A stretch of DNA of 64,000 bases from an uncultured bacterium (GTDB lineage: Bacteria > Patescibacteriota > Minisyncoccia > UBA6257 > GWB1-50-10). Position numbers and translations under genes: made by a program. Where the stretch lies: the NCBI GenBank assembly GCA_903827975.1, contig CAIKKG010000001.1, positions 26,175 to 90,174 of the forward strand, read 5' to 3'. The notes under the pieces are model-generated. The model saw only the letters and a list, made by a program, of their open reading frames with translations. It searched no databases and had not been told where the DNA came from. Positions 29,543 to 37,983 of this stretch are shown piece by piece. Each line of letters opens with the position of its first letter. Position 1 is the stretch's first letter.

Positions 29543-29574
29543 TAAAAAACACCCCTCACGGGGTGTTTTTTGTT
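29543..29574. terminator. bidirectional terminator (AACACCCC-TCAC-GGGGTGTT flanked by an A-run and a T-run)
   Basis: Perfect 8 bp hairpin between convergent genes. Confidence 0.6.
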
Positions 29575-29580
29575 TGTAGA

Positions 29581-30270
29581 TTATTCAGTAGCCGGAAGAA
29601 ATTTACTAAAATATTTAAATATTAATTTCTCATACAAAATGTAGTAACCGAAATATCCCATTGCTACTCCTCCCAATAGACCAATGAATGTATGAAACTT
29701 CAGTAATACTGTGCCGGACACACCAAAAACAGCGAAGGGTAAAAACATCCAGAACAATGAGCGCCAGTGTTTATAAAGAAATAATGATATGAAGACCATT
29801 GGTATGACGTGTAGGCTAGGAAAATCGCCAAGAGGAGTACTTGATCCGTATAAATTTTGTAATACACGGAACATTCCGTCATTCATTATTACAGGATTAA
29901 AAGAGGTAATCATGACGCCATTAGCCGTAGTCGGAAAAACTAAGTAAATCGCGTAAGTAACAAAATATATAAATATCGCAGAAAAATAAAATGAAACTAG
30001 CTGTATCGTGCTAATTCTTCGATTGAAAGCGTAAAATATTCCCAAAATCGGAAGATAAAAAAGACAAAGAATATATGGGTAGATTATGTAGATATTGAAT
30101 GGTATCCAATCATCAACGAATGTTTTGAGTGAGACTGCTTCACGCAGAACACCTCCCAAATTACAAACCGCCTCATACTGTATCATTATCACCAATAGGA
30201 GAAATATAAGCGGAATGAGTAAAATAAGCTGGAACCAAATGCTATTATTGAGTTTTTTTGATAACCTCAT
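29581..30270 (-). CDS. polytopic membrane protein, possibly PAP2-like phosphatase superfamily
   Basis: 229 aa, 6 or more transmembrane helices, PSLH and KFH motifs reminiscent of PAP2 motifs; weak assignment. Confidence 0.3.
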   Translation of the reverse strand: MRLSKKLNNSIWFQLILLIPLIFLLLVIMIQYEAVCNLGGVLREAVSLKTFVDDWIPFNIYIIYPYILCLFYLPILGIFYAFNRRISTIQLVSFYFSAIFIYFVTYAIYLVFPTTANGVMITSFNPVIMNDGMFRVLQNLYGSSTPLGDFPSLHVIPMVFISLFLYKHWRSLFWMFLPFAVFGVSGTVLLKFHTFIGLLGGVAMGYFGYYILYEKLIFKYFSKFLPATE

Positions 30271-30301
30271 TATATTTATGAGTTAATAATTTTTAGATTT
30301 G

Positions 30302-30375
30302 TGGGCAATACTGGATTCGAACCAGTGACCTTTGCAATGTGAATGCAACGCTCTAACCAACTGAGCTAATTGCCC
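30302..30375 (-). tRNA. tRNA-Val (anticodon CAC)
   Basis: Reverse complement GGGCAAT-TA-GCTC-AGTTGGTTA-GAGC...anticodon loop TT-CAC-AT...T-arm ACTGGTTCGAATCCAGT...ATTGCCC-A. Confidence 0.85.
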
Positions 30376-30415
30376 TGTATGAATATTTATAACAGTCAAA
30401 ATATAAAAACGCAAT

Positions 30416-31696
30416 TTAGAGTCCCATTCCAAGTGTGACAAACAATAGAATGGCCGAGACACCCATTAATACAAATGTTGCCCAAACAAAAGTGTTTGAA
30501 AGGGTTCCACTTCTATAATCTCCCATAATTTTTTTGTTTCGCGCAATAAGCGCAATTATAAATATTAACGGAACCGCGGCAACTCCATTAAATACAGCAG
30601 TAAATACAAGTGCCTTCATCGGGTCTATTCCAATAAAATTAATTGCGAGTCCAATGAGCGTTGCAATTGTTATGATGCCGTAAAATCCGTGTGCTTTTTT
30701 AAGCTTTAAATTAAGGCCCTCCTTTAGATTAAGTGTTTCAGATAGGGCGTACGAAGCTGATGCAGATAGTACAGGGATGCCTAGAAGCCCAAGACCGATT
30801 ATGCCTGTTGAAAAAATAATTTTTGCAATCATTCCAGCATTAGGGAATGTATTTACCAATGGCTCAAGTGCTTTTGCAGCATCAGCTGCTGTACGAATAT
30901 CTAAAATTCCATTTGAATGCAACACAGTCGCAGCAACAACGATAATACACCACGTCGCAATCTCCGATGACAGCATTCCAAAGAATGTATCCAATCGAAC
31001 CGCGCGCATAAATTGTTTTGTTATGCTAGGTTTTCCATCATGAATCATGTGCATTTTCTTTTCTTCCTCAACTTCTTCTGATGCCTGCCAAAAAAACATG
31101 TATGGTGAAATTGTTGTTCCAAATACTCCGGTAATTATGAAAAGAAATGAGAAATTTAGATCTACGTGTGGAATAAATGTTGCCTTAAGTAATTCTCCCC
31201 ATGGTTGCTTAACAAGAAACACAGTAAGTGGATAAGAAATTAGAGAGAGTGCAAACCATTTTAAAATTTTAGAGTAAGTTTTATATGAAATAAAAATCTC
31301 TAATACCAAAATTAAAGCAGTAAAGAAAAGAACAAGCACACCGAAGGGGAGCGGTATTATGAGTTGCGCAGCAGCGCCCATGGCCCCAAGGTCCGCGCCT
31401 ATGTTTATTGTGTTTGCTATTACAACAAGACCGACCATCGCATAAAGAATCTTTTTACTATAATTTTCTTTTACAACGGCGGCGATTCCTTTTCCCGTGA
31501 CGGCGCCTATTCGCGCACAAGCCTCCTGTATGGCAATCATGAACGGTAAAAGAGCTGCAGCAGTCCATAACTGCGCATATCCAAACTGAGCACCAGTCTG
31601 TGAGTAGGTCGCTATTCCTGACGGATCATCATCAGCTGCGCCAGTTATAATCCCAGGTCCGGCAGTTTTAAATAAATTTCGTGCGCCTTTAAACAT
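30416..31696 (-). CDS. mntH: NRAMP-family divalent metal (Mn2+/Fe2+) transporter
   Basis: NRAMP signature GPGIITGAADDDPSGIATYSQTGAQFGYAQLW and about 11 transmembrane helices. Confidence 0.7.
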   Translation of the reverse strand: MFKGARNLFKTAGPGIITGAADDDPSGIATYSQTGAQFGYAQLWTAAALLPFMIAIQEACARIGAVTGKGIAAVVKENYSKKILYAMVGLVVIANTINIGADLGAMGAAAQLIIPLPFGVLVLFFTALILVLEIFISYKTYSKILKWFALSLISYPLTVFLVKQPWGELLKATFIPHVDLNFSFLFIITGVFGTTISPYMFFWQASEEVEEEKKMHMIHDGKPSITKQFMRAVRLDTFFGMLSSEIATWCIIVVAATVLHSNGILDIRTAADAAKALEPLVNTFPNAGMIAKIIFSTGIIGLGLLGIPVLSASASYALSETLNLKEGLNLKLKKAHGFYGIITIATLIGLAINFIGIDPMKALVFTAVFNGVAAVPLIFIIALIARNKKIMGDYRSGTLSNTFVWATFVLMGVSAILLFVTLGMGL

Positions 31697-31940
31697 AAAT
31701 ATATTAAATAATTATTCAATTATATCAGTAGCTCACGTTTACTGCTAATTAATTTCCACACGTAGTAACATAATTTTTATTATTTTAAGCCAATCTCCCT
31801 CTATCTAATCGAGGTGGGGAAGGGTAATAAAGAACAAATAGAAGATTTATCAAAATACGATTGTGCATAACTTCCTGAAACCTAAAAAATACGTAGTAAA
31901 TAAAGGGTTAATTAGGCATTTTATATCTTATCTGGTGTTT

Positions 31941-31968
31941 TTGACTGCATTTCGCCTGGTGGTATACT
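31941..31968 (+). promoter_or_regulatory. mraZ promoter (TTGACT-16-TGgTATACT, extended -10)
   Basis: Near-consensus sigma70 elements about 80 bp upstream of mraZ. Confidence 0.5.
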
Positions 31969-32040
31969 GATGTGGAGATGTGGGGCAAAGTGGATAAACG
32001 TGTGGATAAGCCCTGATTCTGGGGATAAGTAGCTAAAAAC
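31969..32040 (+). promoter_or_regulatory. direct GTGG[A/G] repeats (candidate MraZ binding boxes) between the promoter and mraZ
   Basis: GTGGAGAT / GTGGGGCAAA / GTGGATAAAC / GTGTGGATAA / TGGGGATAA spaced about 10 bp apart. MraZ is known to bind GTGGG-like direct repeats. Confidence 0.35.
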
Positions 32041-32047
32041 AACGACA

Positions 32048-32479
32048 ATGTTATTAGGAGAATTCAAACATAACGTAGATGAAAAGAATCGCCTGGCAGT
32101 TCCAGCGAAGTTTCGTGAGCTATTTACTAATGGCGCTATTGTTACGCGTGGTTTAGACCACTGTCTTTTTGTTTTTAGTTTGCATGAGTGGGAAAATCTG
32201 GCTAATAAACTTATTGCACTTCCGCTAGCACAGGCAAATTCACGTGCATTTGCGCGACTCATGCTTGCAGGCGCAACAGACGTGAAGGTTGATGTTCAGG
32301 GTAGAATCCTCGTACCAGACTATCTCCGCAAATACGCGGGGCTAAAAAAACAAGTGGTTGTAGCAGGTCTGTATAACCGCCTTGAAATCTGGGATGCGGA
32401 TAAGTGGGAAGAGTATAAAGCGAAAACAGAATCCGCGTCGGATGAAATCGCTGAAAAGCTCGGCGAGTTAGGAATTTAG
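32048..32479 (+). CDS. mraZ: division/cell-wall cluster transcriptional regulator MraZ
   Basis: MLLGEFKHNVDEKNRLAVPAKFRE and a duplicated DXXXR-like MraZ fold; heads the rsmH-ftsL-ftsI-murF cluster. Confidence 0.85.
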   Translation: MLLGEFKHNVDEKNRLAVPAKFRELFTNGAIVTRGLDHCLFVFSLHEWENLANKLIALPLAQANSRAFARLMLAGATDVKVDVQGRILVPDYLRKYAGLKKQVVVAGLYNRLEIWDADKWEEYKAKTESASDEIAEKLGELGI

Positions 32480-32480
32480 T

Positions 32481-33362
32481 ATGACGATTCACAAGCCAGT
32501 TCTTTTACACGAAACAATAGAGATTCTTAGTCCTCAGTCAGGAGAATTTTTCATAGATGGAACGCTGGGGGGTGGAGGTCACGCAAATGCGATTCTGGAT
32601 AGAATCGGAAAGAGCGGAACACTTCTTGGTATTGATTGGGATGCAGATGCAATCTCAAGATTTGAAAAAACAAACGAAGGACGAGCAAAAATTTTTGTAC
32701 GTAATTCAAATTACAATTCAATTCCAAAAATTCTAACAGATGAGAAAATGCCTAAGGCGGATGGTTTACTTCTTGATCTAGGGTTTTCTTCATTCCAAAT
32801 AGAAGATGCAAGCAGGGGGTTTAGCTTTCAGTCCGATGGGCCACTAGACATGAGGTATTCAAGAGAAGGCCTAACAGCTGCTGAAGTAGTGAATGGATTT
32901 AGAGAAGAAGAGCTAGCAGATATATTTTGGAAGTTCGGAGATGAGAGTTTTTCGCGACAGATTGCAAAGAAAATTGTCGAAGAGAGGAGAAAGGAAAGAA
33001 TATTAACAACTGGAAGGTTAAGAGATGTAGTCGTTGAGGCATTCCCAGTCAGATTCAGGAATGGAAGGGTTAGTCCAGCGACTAAGGTGTTTCAGGCGCT
33101 TAGGATATATGTAAACAAGGAATTCGAGAACATAGAATCAATATTGGGAAATCTTTCGGAGTGTGTTAAGTCGGGTGGTCGGGTTGCAGTGATAACGTTT
33201 CACTCATCGGAAGACGGAATAGTAAAAAAAGCATTTCAAGGATTGGTGAAGTCGGGTATCGCGGAACTTATTAATAAAAAACCGATAGCACCGACACGAG
33301 AAGAGGTACTTGAAAATCCAAGAAGTCGTTCAGCAAAACTTAGAGCAATAAAACTAAAATAA
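32481..33362 (+). CDS. rsmH: 16S rRNA (cytosine1402-N4)-methyltransferase RsmH (MraW)
   Basis: HKPVLL...DGTLGGGGHA SAM-binding motif; position after mraZ. Confidence 0.9.
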   Translation: MTIHKPVLLHETIEILSPQSGEFFIDGTLGGGGHANAILDRIGKSGTLLGIDWDADAISRFEKTNEGRAKIFVRNSNYNSIPKILTDEKMPKADGLLLDLGFSSFQIEDASRGFSFQSDGPLDMRYSREGLTAAEVVNGFREEELADIFWKFGDESFSRQIAKKIVEERRKERILTTGRLRDVVVEAFPVRFRNGRVSPATKVFQALRIYVNKEFENIESILGNLSECVKSGGRVAVITFHSSEDGIVKKAFQGLVKSGIAELINKKPIAPTREEVLENPRSRSAKLRAIKLK

Positions 33363-33377
33363 TTTTTAAAAAATAGA

Positions 33378-33668
33378 ATGACCATTATTTGTCCACAGAA
33401 AAAAAAGAATATTAAATATTTTCTAATAACACTTTTTGCGTTAGTATTAGTGGGCGGAGCATTTTATATTATTCAAACTGGAGCAATAGTTGAAAAGCGA
33501 CACGAGTTGGAGGCATTAAAAAAACAACTCAATGAACTAAAGACTGCTAATGCAGACCTAAAGAATAAATATTATCGCATTGTTGACCCTGCAAAATTAG
33601 AAGAGGTTGCGAGTGCTTCCGGTCTGACACTTGAAAAGCGCCCGATGTATATAACAAGCACTCAATAA
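33378..33668 (+). CDS. ftsL: FtsL-like cell division protein (single transmembrane helix plus coiled-coil)
   Basis: 96 aa with a transmembrane helix followed by leucine-zipper-like ELEALKKQLNELKTANADLKNK; position between rsmH and ftsI. Confidence 0.5.
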   Translation: MTIICPQKKKNIKYFLITLFALVLVGGAFYIIQTGAIVEKRHELEALKKQLNELKTANADLKNKYYRIVDPAKLEEVASASGLTLEKRPMYITSTQ

Positions 33669-33776
33669 ATCCCGTATAGAGGCGGGGTATTACGGCGCAA
33701 GCAAGTAAAAGATATATTCTGAGTAAAAACAAAATGACGCGTCGATATACAAAAAAATTAAGTCGCCTCTAACTGG

Positions 33777-35384
33777 ATGAAAAAAAGGTTTTTCATACTG
33801 TTTAGTTTTTTTGGCATTCTATACATCCTTTTGGGATGGAAAATGTACACCCTTCAAATAGACAAGGGTGCTTCTTTTTCAAAAAAGGTAGCTGCGCGAG
33901 ATGAACTTGCTGAGCATCAGGTATTAAGGCGCGGGCAGATATTATTTACAGACAAAAACGGGGCAAATATTCAGGTTGCATTAAATAAAGAGTTTTCGCA
34001 TATAGTAGCAATACCAAAGGAAATTATAGATGCTACAAGTACTGCAAAATTATTGGCTCCAATTGTTGAAATAAATGAGGCCCGATTAGCATCGGCATTT
34101 TCGGATAAGAGTTCTCTTTATTACTCTCTAGTAGATAAGGCGAGTGATGAAACAGTTGATGCTATTAAGGCACTTAATATAAAAGGTGTCGATTTTAGAG
34201 ATACGCAATATAGGTATTATCCTTTTGAATCACTCGCAGCACAGTTATTGGGTTTTGTCGGTAAAACAGAAAATAATCCTGAGGCTGTGGGTCTGTATGG
34301 AATTGAGAAGCTGGATGACGCCAAGCTTACATTAGGTGAGGACGTCCAATTAACGATTGACCGCAATCTGCAGGCTGAGTCAGAACGAATACTTTCAAAA
34401 TTAATAACCGAGCACAGTGCAGAGGGTGGAACAATAATTATTCAGGATCCAAAAACAGGCAAAATACTGGCTTTAGCTAGTGCGCCATCTTTTGACCCAA
34501 ACATATACGGCAAATCTAGTTATAAGAATTTTTTAAATCCAGCAGTACAGGCTATTTATGAGCCAGGCTCAGTTTTCAAACCACTTACAATGGTTGCCGG
34601 AATTGATTCAGGAATATTTACTCCAGACACGACATATGTAGATACTGGCCACGTTACGTTAAACGGTAAAACCGTTACTAACTGGGATCATAGTGCACAT
34701 GGGAAAATAACAATGACTGGGGTTATTGAAGACTCAGTGAATACTGGTGCTATCTGGGCAGAACAAAAAATCGGAAGAAAAATATTTTATGATTACCTAA
34801 AAAAGTTTGGATTTGGCGAATACACAAGTATAGATTTACCAGACGAGGTAAGTGGAAGTTTAAGTAACCTTGAGCGCAAGAATGCACAGGATATTGATTA
34901 TGCAACAGCATCTTATGGACAGGGCACGAGCGTAACGCCAGTTCAACTTGTTTCTGCATTTTCGGCAATTGCAAATGGAGGTCTTCTTATGCGACCTTAT
35001 ATACATGCGAGCGGTGAGCCATATGTTGTGCGTCGTGTTATGTCAGGAGAGACGGCCACAAAGGTTACAAAAATGATGGAGTCAGCAGTAATAAAGAATA
35101 TATTAGCAGCAATACCCCAGTACAGGATTGCAGGAAAGACTGGAACAGCATTTATCCCTGAAAACGGAAAATATTCAATGACAGATCTAATACATTCATA
35201 TATGGGATTTGCTCCAGCTGAAGATGCAAAATTTGTGATTCTTATGAAGTTAGAAAAACCTGACAAACCTCTTGCAGGACAGACAGTTGTACCAAAGTTT
35301 AAAGAGCTCGCACAATTTGTGTTAAATTATTACAACATTCCGCCTGATGCTTTGGTTGAGGCGACATCAACAAAATCACAGTAG
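33777..35384 (+). CDS. ftsI: penicillin-binding protein FtsI/PBP3-like transpeptidase
   Basis: N-terminal transmembrane helix, SVFKP (SXXK), SVN (SXN) and KTGTA (KTG) motifs; located in the dcw cluster. Confidence 0.8.
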   Translation: MKKRFFILFSFFGILYILLGWKMYTLQIDKGASFSKKVAARDELAEHQVLRRGQILFTDKNGANIQVALNKEFSHIVAIPKEIIDATSTAKLLAPIVEINEARLASAFSDKSSLYYSLVDKASDETVDAIKALNIKGVDFRDTQYRYYPFESLAAQLLGFVGKTENNPEAVGLYGIEKLDDAKLTLGEDVQLTIDRNLQAESERILSKLITEHSAEGGTIIIQDPKTGKILALASAPSFDPNIYGKSSYKNFLNPAVQAIYEPGSVFKPLTMVAGIDSGIFTPDTTYVDTGHVTLNGKTVTNWDHSAHGKITMTGVIEDSVNTGAIWAEQKIGRKIFYDYLKKFGFGEYTSIDLPDEVSGSLSNLERKNAQDIDYATASYGQGTSVTPVQLVSAFSAIANGGLLMRPYIHASGEPYVVRRVMSGETATKVTKMMESAVIKNILAAIPQYRIAGKTGTAFIPENGKYSMTDLIHSYMGFAPAEDAKFVILMKLEKPDKPLAGQTVVPKFKELAQFVLNYYNIPPDALVEATSTKSQ

Positions 35385-36698
35385 ATGAAAAAAATTCTTC
35401 TAAAAATATTGCAACTTAATCTGAAGTTCCTTGCACGTGCAACCCTTGCGCGTTATTCACCTGGAATAGTTGGTATTACTGGAAGCGTAGGCAAAACATC
35501 GACAAAAGAAGCGGTTAGAACTGTACTAGCCTCAGAGCGTACAGTAAGGGCGCCAGCAAAAAATTTTAATAATGAACTTGGTCTTCCACTAGCAATATTG
35601 GGTGACTGGGAAACAACTGGAGGCGTTTTCTTTTGGTTAAAAGTTTTACTTGTCTCAACTTGGAGATTAATTATTAAATCGAGTGATTATCCAGAGATAC
35701 TAATTCTTGAATATGCAGTAGATAAGCCAGGGGACATGAGGTATCTTCTTGAGATTGCAAGGCCTCATATAGGAATTTTTACAGCAATGGGCGAGATTCC
35801 AGTGCACGTTGAATTTTTTACAGGTCCCGAGGCTATCATGCGTGAAAAGTCGCGACTTATAAGTCAGTTACCAGCAACAGGATTTGCAATTTTAAATGCG
35901 GATGATGAGTTGGTTATGGAGGCAAAGTCACAGACACGTTCGCAGGTTATGACGTTTGGATTTGATGAGAAGGCAGATTTGAGAATAAGTAATTTCACTA
36001 ATAATTTTGACGGTAAGTCCGGTGGAATTGCATGTAAACTTACATACGGTGGGAGCGTGGTACCAGTTAGGATTGATCGTGCATTGGGAAAGGCTCAGGC
36101 ATATTCGATTGGAGCAGCTGCAGTTACTGGACTTATCTTTGGACTAAATCTTGTAAAAATTGCTGAAGCACTTTCCGCATATGAGGCGCCAGCAGGAAGG
36201 TTGAAATTAATTCGAGGAGTAAGAGAAAGTTTTTTGATTGATGATACATATAATGCTGCTCCGACAGCGATGCATTCTGCACTCGATACATTAAAGTCAC
36301 TTAATGCAAAAAGAAAAATTGCTGTGCTGGGTGATATGTTGGAAATCGGAAAATATACGCTTGAGGTTCATGAGGGCGTTGGTAAATCATTAAAGAAATT
36401 AGGCGTTGATATGCTTATAACAGTTGGGATAAGGGGAAAGCTAATTGCTGAAGCGGCTATTAGAGGTGGATTATCTGAGAAGGTAGTATTCACATTTATG
36501 GATGTGAATGAGGCGGCTACATTTTTAGAGTCAGAGATTCAGAAGGGAGATTTAATACTTGTTAAGGCGTCGCAGGGTGTAAGACTAGAGAAATTAGTAA
36601 AAGAGGTAATGGCTGAGCCAACGCGGGCTAAGGAGTTATTAACAAGACAAGATGATGAGTGGGTTAAAAGATTGGGTATGTATGAGAGTAGTGAATAA
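35385..36698 (+). CDS. murF: Mur ligase, probably UDP-MurNAc-tripeptide--D-Ala-D-Ala ligase
   Basis: GITGSVGKTSTKE P-loop and Mur ligase central/C-terminal domains; position after ftsI. Confidence 0.7.
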   Translation: MKKILLKILQLNLKFLARATLARYSPGIVGITGSVGKTSTKEAVRTVLASERTVRAPAKNFNNELGLPLAILGDWETTGGVFFWLKVLLVSTWRLIIKSSDYPEILILEYAVDKPGDMRYLLEIARPHIGIFTAMGEIPVHVEFFTGPEAIMREKSRLISQLPATGFAILNADDELVMEAKSQTRSQVMTFGFDEKADLRISNFTNNFDGKSGGIACKLTYGGSVVPVRIDRALGKAQAYSIGAAAVTGLIFGLNLVKIAEALSAYEAPAGRLKLIRGVRESFLIDDTYNAAPTAMHSALDTLKSLNAKRKIAVLGDMLEIGKYTLEVHEGVGKSLKKLGVDMLITVGIRGKLIAEAAIRGGLSEKVVFTFMDVNEAATFLESEIQKGDLILVKASQGVRLEKLVKEVMAEPTRAKELLTRQDDEWVKRLGMYESSE

Positions 36699-36745
36699 TT
36701 TGAGGTTGCACTTTACTATAAAATACGTACAATAATTCTTGCTAT

Positions 36746-36816
36746 GGCCTTATCGTCTAGTGGTAGGACAATGCCCTCTCACGGCATAAACAGGGGTCCG
36801 ATTCCCCTTGGGGCTA
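36746..36816 (+). tRNA. tRNA-Glu (anticodon CTC) with three G-U pairs in the acceptor stem
   Basis: GGCCTTA-TC-GTCT-AGTGGTA-GGAC-A-ATGCC-CT-CTC-AC-GGCAT-AAAC-AGGGG-TCCGATT-CCCCT-TGGGGCT-A; close to canonical bacterial tRNA-Glu apart from the acceptor wobbles. Confidence 0.7.
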
Positions 36817-36990
36817 CATGATTAAAAATACCCTACTGATTAAGTAGGGTATTTTTAATCATCATATCTTATTAGGGGAAGCGGACAGTGGAGGGGGTCG
36901 GGGAACCGCGTTCGGTTCCCCGTGTAGGAAAATATTAAAAACCGAGGGTTTTTAAAAGCGGAACCAGTCTTACTTGTGAAGCGCGTTCGC

Positions 36991-37008
36991 TTCCCCTTGG
37001 GGCTACAT
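36991..37008 (+). repeat. direct repeat copying the tRNA-Glu 3' end (TTCCCCTTGGGGCTACAT, 18/18 identical to 36802-36819)
   Basis: Exact 18 bp repeat 189 bp downstream of the original; a further degenerate copy (TTCCCCGTGTAGG) lies at 36914-36928; each copy is followed by a hairpin. Confidence 0.6.
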
Positions 37009-37209
37009 TAGTAAAAACAACTCCATGCTAGGGGTTGTTTTTAATTTTCAATAAACAATTTTAAATTTTAAAACTGGTAACTAGACAAGTAGACTGCATA
37101 AAAGCATGGAAATCCATTTTTAAAATTTACTATAATCTACGTAAAATAGTGTGGATTTTGCAGCATTGTGCTTACTCTAATTTTTCTGTATCTTGTATGT
37201 ATATAATCG

Positions 37210-37872
37210 ATGTTTAATGAATTAATTTCACAAATCACTCCTCTTATTCAACACTACGGCGCGTGGGGTGTTTTCTTTATTTCCGCCATTGAAGAAATAA
37301 TTGTGCCAATTCCGTCTTCATTCTCGCTCCTTGCTGCGGGTTTTTTCTTAGTTCCTGTTGGCGCAGCTCTTGGAGACTCGATGCTAGTGCTTATTTTAAA
37401 AGTAGTTATTCCTGCTGGACTTGGATTTGCAATCGGATCACTATTTCCATATGCGCTCGCTTATCTTGGTGGCGAGCCGATTATAAATAGATGGGGAAAA
37501 TGGATAGGAGTTTCTTGGAAAGATGTTGAAAAAATTAATAGATTTTTTAATGGGACGTATAAAGATGAGTTAGTATTAGTAGGATTACGATCAATTCCTG
37601 TTGTACCAAGCGGACTAATTTCAGTTGCGTGTGGCGTAGTGAGATATCCAATAAAACATTTTTTCCTTACAACATTTTTCGGTTCAGCGCTACGCTCTTT
37701 CTTTATGGGGCTCCTAGGGTGGTCACTTGGCGAGGCGTTTGTTATTTATGCCGACCAGATTTCAGAATTCGGTATGTATGTTGTTTATATTGTGACTGGC
37801 TTAGTGGCAATTCTGGTAGTAGCATTTTTAGTCAGGAAATGGCTAAAAAAACATAGGCACAAAGCGCATTAA
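37210..37872 (+). CDS. dedA: DedA/VTT-family membrane protein
   Basis: DedA core FISAIEEIIVPIPSSF; 220 aa with multiple transmembrane helices. Confidence 0.7.
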   Translation: MFNELISQITPLIQHYGAWGVFFISAIEEIIVPIPSSFSLLAAGFFLVPVGAALGDSMLVLILKVVIPAGLGFAIGSLFPYALAYLGGEPIINRWGKWIGVSWKDVEKINRFFNGTYKDELVLVGLRSIPVVPSGLISVACGVVRYPIKHFFLTTFFGSALRSFFMGLLGWSLGEAFVIYADQISEFGMYVVYIVTGLVAILVVAFLVRKWLKKHRHKAH

Positions 37873-37983
37873 ATACACATTATCCACGAAACCAAGTAAT
37901 TGTTTTTGGGGAAATTTAATGCTATAATTCATTTATAAGTGAAGCTACTCTGGCTTCATTTTTGATGAGAAACAAACAAATTT

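Noticed and set aside
31697-31920. Mn-responsive riboswitch (yybP-ykoY) or MntR box upstream of mntH
   Set aside because: Only a short inverted repeat (CAGTA...TACTG) is present, and the conserved riboswitch core elements were not recognisable. The evidence is insufficient.
31921-32262. 113 aa minus-strand ORF overlapping the mraZ promoter and 5' end
   Set aside because: It overlaps a well-supported plus-strand gene and its regulatory repeats, and its product has no motifs and no RBS. It is spurious.
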